Positions 59,761 through 64,000 of a stretch of DNA of 64,000 nt are shown in pieces. The notes below the pieces were generated by a model. That model was not told where the DNA came from. It ran no database searches and was given only the letters and a program-made list of their open reading frames with translations. Position 1 is the stretch's first letter. The number at the start of each line of letters is the position of its first letter. Origin of the DNA: Candidatus Woesearchaeota archaeon (GTDB lineage Archaea > Nanobdellota > Nanobdellia > Pacearchaeales > GW2011-AR1); NCBI GenBank assembly GCA_964344105.1, contig CAYFMD010000001.1, positions 4,671 through 68,670 on the forward strand, given 5' to 3'. The position numbers and the translations under genes are program-made.

Positions 59761-62700
59761 TTATTCGTACTTATTCTTCAAATTAAATTTAGTTTTAATA
59801 TGCAATGACTGGATCTCATCTACCAACAACTTGAAAGCATAACTTATCTCAACAGGCTCGATATCTTGGCTATTACAAACAGGACAAGTTACCTTTCCTC
59901 TAATTGTATCTTCAATAGCAACTGCTCCACACTTACTACAAATAGGCAATACAACCTTATCCGAATCATATCTTTCCTTCAACAATAATGAAGCTCCGTG
60001 AGCAACCAAAGCTTGCTGCTCCATTTCTCCTAATCTCAATGCTCCACCCTTAGCTCTACCTTCAATTGGCTGTCTAGTCAACAATGTAACCTTTCCAGAA
60101 GCTCTAGCGTGCATCTTATTACTTACCATATACTTCAACTTCAAATAGTACATATTTCCAACATAGATCTTAACATTCATCATCTTTCCAGTGATACCGT
60201 TATACAAAGTCTCCTTACCATCAGCTCTGAATCCAAGCTCTTCCATTTGCTTCTCTAGATCTCTAATATTCTGACCACTAAATCCTGTACCATCCAAAAC
60301 CTTTCCACCCAAACAAGCTAGCTTTCCAGCCATCAATTCAATCAAATAACCGACTGTCATTCTCGATGGGATAGAGTGTGGATTAAAAATCATGTCAGGT
60401 CTTACTCCTTTAGAAGTGAAAGGTACATCATTCTCTGGAATAACTGCTCCAATAACTCCCTTCTGACCGTGGCTAGTAGCGAACTTATCCCCAAGCTCTG
60501 GAACTCTCAAGTCTCTTGTTCTAACTCTTACAACCTTATTACCTTGACCATCTTCAGTAACGAAAACAGCGTCAATCAAAGCCTTCTCTTCTTGTCTAAC
60601 TACTGAGCTAGCTTCCTTCTTTGTCTTAATAGAAATTTCTCTAACTTCTGACAAGAACTTAGGAGGACTTGTCTTACCAATCATTACTTCACCAGATTCC
60701 AACTTAGCTTCTGGGTAAACAATACCGTCATCTTCCAAGAATCTGTAACTCTCTTCAGTTCGATAACCGCTTACATCCTTCTCTGGAATAGTAATCTCAT
60801 CCTTCAATCCACCAGCATAATTCAATTCAACTGAAGTGTAGGGTCTGTAATAAGTAGATCTTCCCAATCCTCTGTCCAAACTACCCTTATTCAAAATCAA
60901 AGCGTCCTCCATGTTATAACCTTCATGAGTCATAACAGCAACGATAACATTCTGTCCAGCAGGGTGAACATTCAAAGTATCATAAACAAAGCTCTTAACA
61001 ATAGGCTCTTGTGGATAGTGCAAAATATTTACATCAGTATCAATTCTATTCAAGAAGTTAGCAGCATACAATCCCAAAGCCTGCTTCTGAGTCTTACTTC
61101 CTCTGTTCAGTCTTGAACTCTGGTCATAGTTAGAATATGGAACCAATGAAGTTACAACACCCAACAAATCAATCTTATCAATCTCCAAGTGACTATGTTC
61201 TTCAGTCAAACCATCTTTCTCTAAAGAAACCAATGCATTTTCTTCCTCAGCAGCATCCAAATATTCAATAACTCCATTCTTAACCAAATCATCCCACTTC
61301 AAACTTCCTTCTCTCAACAGCTTCTCATGCTCTTCAGTCAAACTTGACTTTCCACCATCAGCAACAATAACTGGCCTCATAACTCTTCCAATTTCTGTGC
61401 TCAACAAAACATTACCTAATTCCTTATTATCTTTAATACTCAACTCAATAGGCAAATCTCCCTTCCTTCTAGTCTCTCTCAAATCAGCAACAAACTTCTG
61501 AACATCATCTACATGTCCAACGAATCTACCATTCAAGAAAACATCACTTCCCTCACCTTCAATATCCTTATGCATATTATAATCATCTAGAACCTTAATC
61601 AACTTCTCATCATCTAATGAAGGTCTTGTTGAAATCTTAGACAAAATAGCCAGATTCTTTCTCAATCCAATCTCAGTTCCTTCTGGAGTCTCAATAGGAC
61701 AGAATCTTCCGTAGTGTGTTGGATGCAATGTTCTAGCCAAGAAATTCTCCTGCTCACCAGGAAGCATCGAACTAACTCTCTGCAATTGACTGATTATAGC
61801 TAGATAGTTTGTCTTATCCATATTCTGAGTAACTCCTGATCTTTCACCAATCCAGTTACCAGTTGCAATAGCTGACTCAATTCTATGAGTAAACAAAGTT
61901 GACTTAGCAATTGTCTTTATTGAATAAAACTTCTTTCTCTTCTGAATCTTCTGCAAAGAATGCTGAACATCTCTCAACAAAATATTCATATTAATTCTGA
62001 ACAAATCTCCAAGAAGATCTCCACTCATTCTAACTCTCTTGTTAGCATAGTGATCCTTATCTGTCAAGTTATCTGGGTTCTCCTTAGCAACAAAGAACTG
62101 CTTCAAGAACTTACACAATGAAATAGCCTTCTCAATTCTATGCTCTTTCTTCAAACCAATGTGTGGCAAGAAATAACTATCAAGTCTCTGCTTTATTCTA
62201 TCTAAAATTTCCTTCTTAGTACCTTGAAGTGAAGTCTGCTCAGCAATAGCCATCATAGCCTCTTCCTCGTTAGTAATATTAGCATACTCATACAAGTTAA
62301 CGATCAAACTATCATTCTCCTTACCAACATACTTAGCAATGTCACTTTCCTTAGTCAAACCTAGTGCCTTTAGAATAACAATAATTGGAATGTTCTTGAA
62401 TCTTGAAAAACTTACCTCAACAATACCCTCTTTGGTGTCTGTAATAGAAATCGGAATTCTGTAACTTCCTCTTTTTGAAAACAACCTCAACATAATCTCA
62501 CCCTTTGGACTCTCAATAAAAGGCTGGTTCTCAGCCAAGTCCTCAGCCATGACAATTACTCTCTCATTACCGTTGATAATAAAGTATCCGCCTGGATCCT
62601 TTGGATCAATATATTCTTCAACCAATTGATCCTTATCCAAGTTGTTAAGATTACAAACATCACTCTTAACAATTATAGGCATTCTACCAATCTCGACCTC

Positions 62701-63039
62701 ATGACTATCCAATTGACCTGCCTGCTTAATTGTTATCTCAACATGAACTGGAGCAGAATAAGTCAACCCTCTAATTCTCGCCTCACTTGGCATAATCAAA
62801 TGGCTACTTCCATCCGCCTCAAAAATCTCAGGCTTACCAACCTTAATCTTACCTAACTTGATCTCGATGTCCTCATCATCACTAGTCATAGTCTCATTCA
62901 ACTCATCAACAATCTCTTGCATTCTGTGATTGATGAAATTATTAAAACTAACAATATTTGACTCTATCAAACTATGATCTTCCAAATACTTCTTAACCAA
63001 CAAGTGTTCTTCCTTCTGCTGACTTTGCTCTAGTTTCAT
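59761..63039 (-). CDS. rpoB: RNA polymerase subunit B (unsplit), 1092 aa
   Basis: It has the conserved Rpb2 blocks and the C-terminal Zn ribbon CSKCG...CPVCN. Confidence 0.9.
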   Translation of the reverse strand: MKLEQSQQKEEHLLVKKYLEDHSLIESNIVSFNNFINHRMQEIVDELNETMTSDDEDIEIKLGKIKVGKPEIFEADGSSHLIMPSEARIRGLTYSAPVHVEITIKQAGQLDSHEVEIGRMPIIVKSDVCNLNNLDKDQLVEEYIDPKDPGGYFIINGNERVIVMAEDLAENQPFIESPKGEIMLRLFSKRGSYRIPISITDTKEGIVEVSFSRFKNIPIIVILKALGLTKESDIAKYVGKENDSLIVNLYEYANITNEEEAMMAIAEQTSLQGTKKEILDRIKQRLDSYFLPHIGLKKEHRIEKAISLCKFLKQFFVAKENPDNLTDKDHYANKRVRMSGDLLGDLFRINMNILLRDVQHSLQKIQKRKKFYSIKTIAKSTLFTHRIESAIATGNWIGERSGVTQNMDKTNYLAIISQLQRVSSMLPGEQENFLARTLHPTHYGRFCPIETPEGTEIGLRKNLAILSKISTRPSLDDEKLIKVLDDYNMHKDIEGEGSDVFLNGRFVGHVDDVQKFVADLRETRRKGDLPIELSIKDNKELGNVLLSTEIGRVMRPVIVADGGKSSLTEEHEKLLREGSLKWDDLVKNGVIEYLDAAEEENALVSLEKDGLTEEHSHLEIDKIDLLGVVTSLVPYSNYDQSSRLNRGSKTQKQALGLYAANFLNRIDTDVNILHYPQEPIVKSFVYDTLNVHPAGQNVIVAVMTHEGYNMEDALILNKGSLDRGLGRSTYYRPYTSVELNYAGGLKDEITIPEKDVSGYRTEESYRFLEDDGIVYPEAKLESGEVMIGKTSPPKFLSEVREISIKTKKEASSVVRQEEKALIDAVFVTEDGQGNKVVRVRTRDLRVPELGDKFATSHGQKGVIGAVIPENDVPFTSKGVRPDMIFNPHSIPSRMTVGYLIELMAGKLACLGGKVLDGTGFSGQNIRDLEKQMEELGFRADGKETLYNGITGKMMNVKIYVGNMYYLKLKYMVSNKMHARASGKVTLLTRQPIEGRAKGGALRLGEMEQQALVAHGASLLLKERYDSDKVVLPICSKCGAVAIEDTIRGKVTCPVCNSQDIEPVEISYAFKLLVDEIQSLHIKTKFNLKNKYE

Positions 63040-63254
63040 TATACACTTACAACCCTATAATAGATAATAGTCTTGCCAGATTCAGGATCTTTTCTCTCAA
63101 TCTTAACAACGTCTCCAACTTTGAAGCTGTCATCTAATGCAGGGTCAATAACTTTAATTTTAGGTAATTGTGACGTAGAAATATTCAACTCCTTCACGAG
63201 CTTCTCAGCCTCTTCTTCTTTAAGTTTCGTGTGTTGCGGTTGTAGAGCATGCAT
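63039..63254 (-). CDS. rpoH: RNA polymerase subunit H (Rpb5-like)
   Basis: It is 71 aa with LPKIKVIDPA...GDVVKIER...YYRVV. Its stop overlaps the rpoB start. Confidence 0.8.
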   Translation of the reverse strand: MHALQPQHTKLKEEEAEKLVKELNISTSQLPKIKVIDPALDDSFKVGDVVKIERKDPESGKTIIYYRVVSV

Positions 63255-63338
63255 TTTATGAGGTTTTGGATAGTTATTTCAAGTAAATAATCATTTGAAC
63301 ATATACTTCATAACTTCTTATTAAAACATCTAAAAAAT

Positions 63339-63350
63339 GCTTTATAAAGC
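63339..63350 (-). promoter_or_regulatory. Palindromic TATA element GCTTTATAAAGC about 90 nt upstream of rpoH
   Basis: The identical 12-mer occurs at 25062-25073. Confidence 0.45.
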
Positions 63351-63447
63351 TTTCTGTTCTCAAGCATATAATTCCCAAAAATCTCATAAAAGTTTATATA
63401 TAACTTGTAACTTCGAATGACTATATTCGATTTTTTACGCTTAGGAT

Positions 63448-63843
63448 TTAGGGAACCCTATATTCGCCATCAGACTTCCCACCCAATATAACCATATCAG
63501 TACCGTCAACCTCTCTATCCTGATCAGCCCTCATCTCAGTCGCAAACCTTTGATATCTCTCTTCTTGTTCTCTATAGGCCTGACATATAGCAACATGCAC
63601 ATCACTCTGATGCAAACCTCTCTGTCGAGCATCAAGCAAAATCAAATCATTAACATTATTCAATTTTTGAGCCAATCCATCTCCTCTAGGAGTTTCAGCC
63701 AATTCTCTAACTATGCCTCTCTGTAAAAGATATTCCTGCCTACCAGGATCATCAGAAGTAAATGCAATATAATTATCCTCAGGACTATCAGGTAAGTATC
63801 CCACTTCAATATCTTCGTCAGCATATAATATATTCTCTGCCAT
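63448..63843 (-). CDS. Hypothetical protein with GC-shifted composition
   Basis: It is an ORF upstream of the rpoH operon promoter. Confidence 0.4.
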   Translation of the reverse strand: MAENILYADEDIEVGYLPDSPEDNYIAFTSDDPGRQEYLLQRGIVRELAETPRGDGLAQKLNNVNDLILLDARQRGLHQSDVHVAICQAYREQEERYQRFATEMRADQDREVDGTDMVILGGKSDGEYRVP

Positions 63844-64000
63844 AAAATATCAACATATATCTTCTTTATATAATTAATTAGTTTGGCCTATATCTAAACT
63901 GATATAGCTTTTCCCCATTACCATCCGACTTATCACCTTCCATCTGAAATTCATGGCCTCTTAAAAAATAATGTGAAACCTCATTTCTTTCATGTGTCCA

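Noticed and set aside
1-64000. CRISPR arrays, tRNA, rRNA or other structured RNA genes
   Set aside because: I found no regularly spaced direct repeats and no GC-rich 70-90 nt or larger islands in the AT-rich intergenic regions. The intergenic GC-rich patches are short palindromes only.

Overview
This window is an AT-rich (~33-35% GC) archaeal chromosomal segment, most likely from a DPANN-type lineage. The taxonomic call is inference from the gene set: RpoH, an archaeal KH-only NusA, aEF-2/aEF-1alpha, aCPSF1, a proteasome beta subunit, archaeal DnaG, diphthine synthase and deoxyhypusine synthase. The window contains a rearranged and invaded version of the conserved archaeal rpoH-rpoB-rpoA-nusA-rps12-rps7-fusA cluster at 51.4-63.3 kb. 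In that cluster rpoA is a single fused ORF and L30e is replaced by a pilin-like gene. Six compositionally foreign small genes are inserted between nusA/rps12 and rps12/rps7. Elsewhere the window carries a polyamine/hypusine gene cluster and a surface locus with two giant PKD-domain proteins and pilin-like genes. A 1522-aa secreted protein has a membrane partner. There are three tandem Tyr/Gly-rich secreted proteins. Three dispersed paralogous Cys-rich membrane-anchored proteins share a conserved N-terminal motif. A GHKL/MORC-like ATPase sits in a compositionally atypical island. The housekeeping genes are dph5 (partial), cca, aCPSF1, psmB, a Rad50-like ATPase, DnaG, an Nfo-like AP endonuclease, a presenilin-like protease, and tuf with a divergent methyltransferase. 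I found no rRNA, tRNA or CRISPR. Palindromic TATA boxes (C/G-TTTATAAA-G/C) recur in intergenic regions. All domain assignments are by eye from motifs, since no searches could be run.
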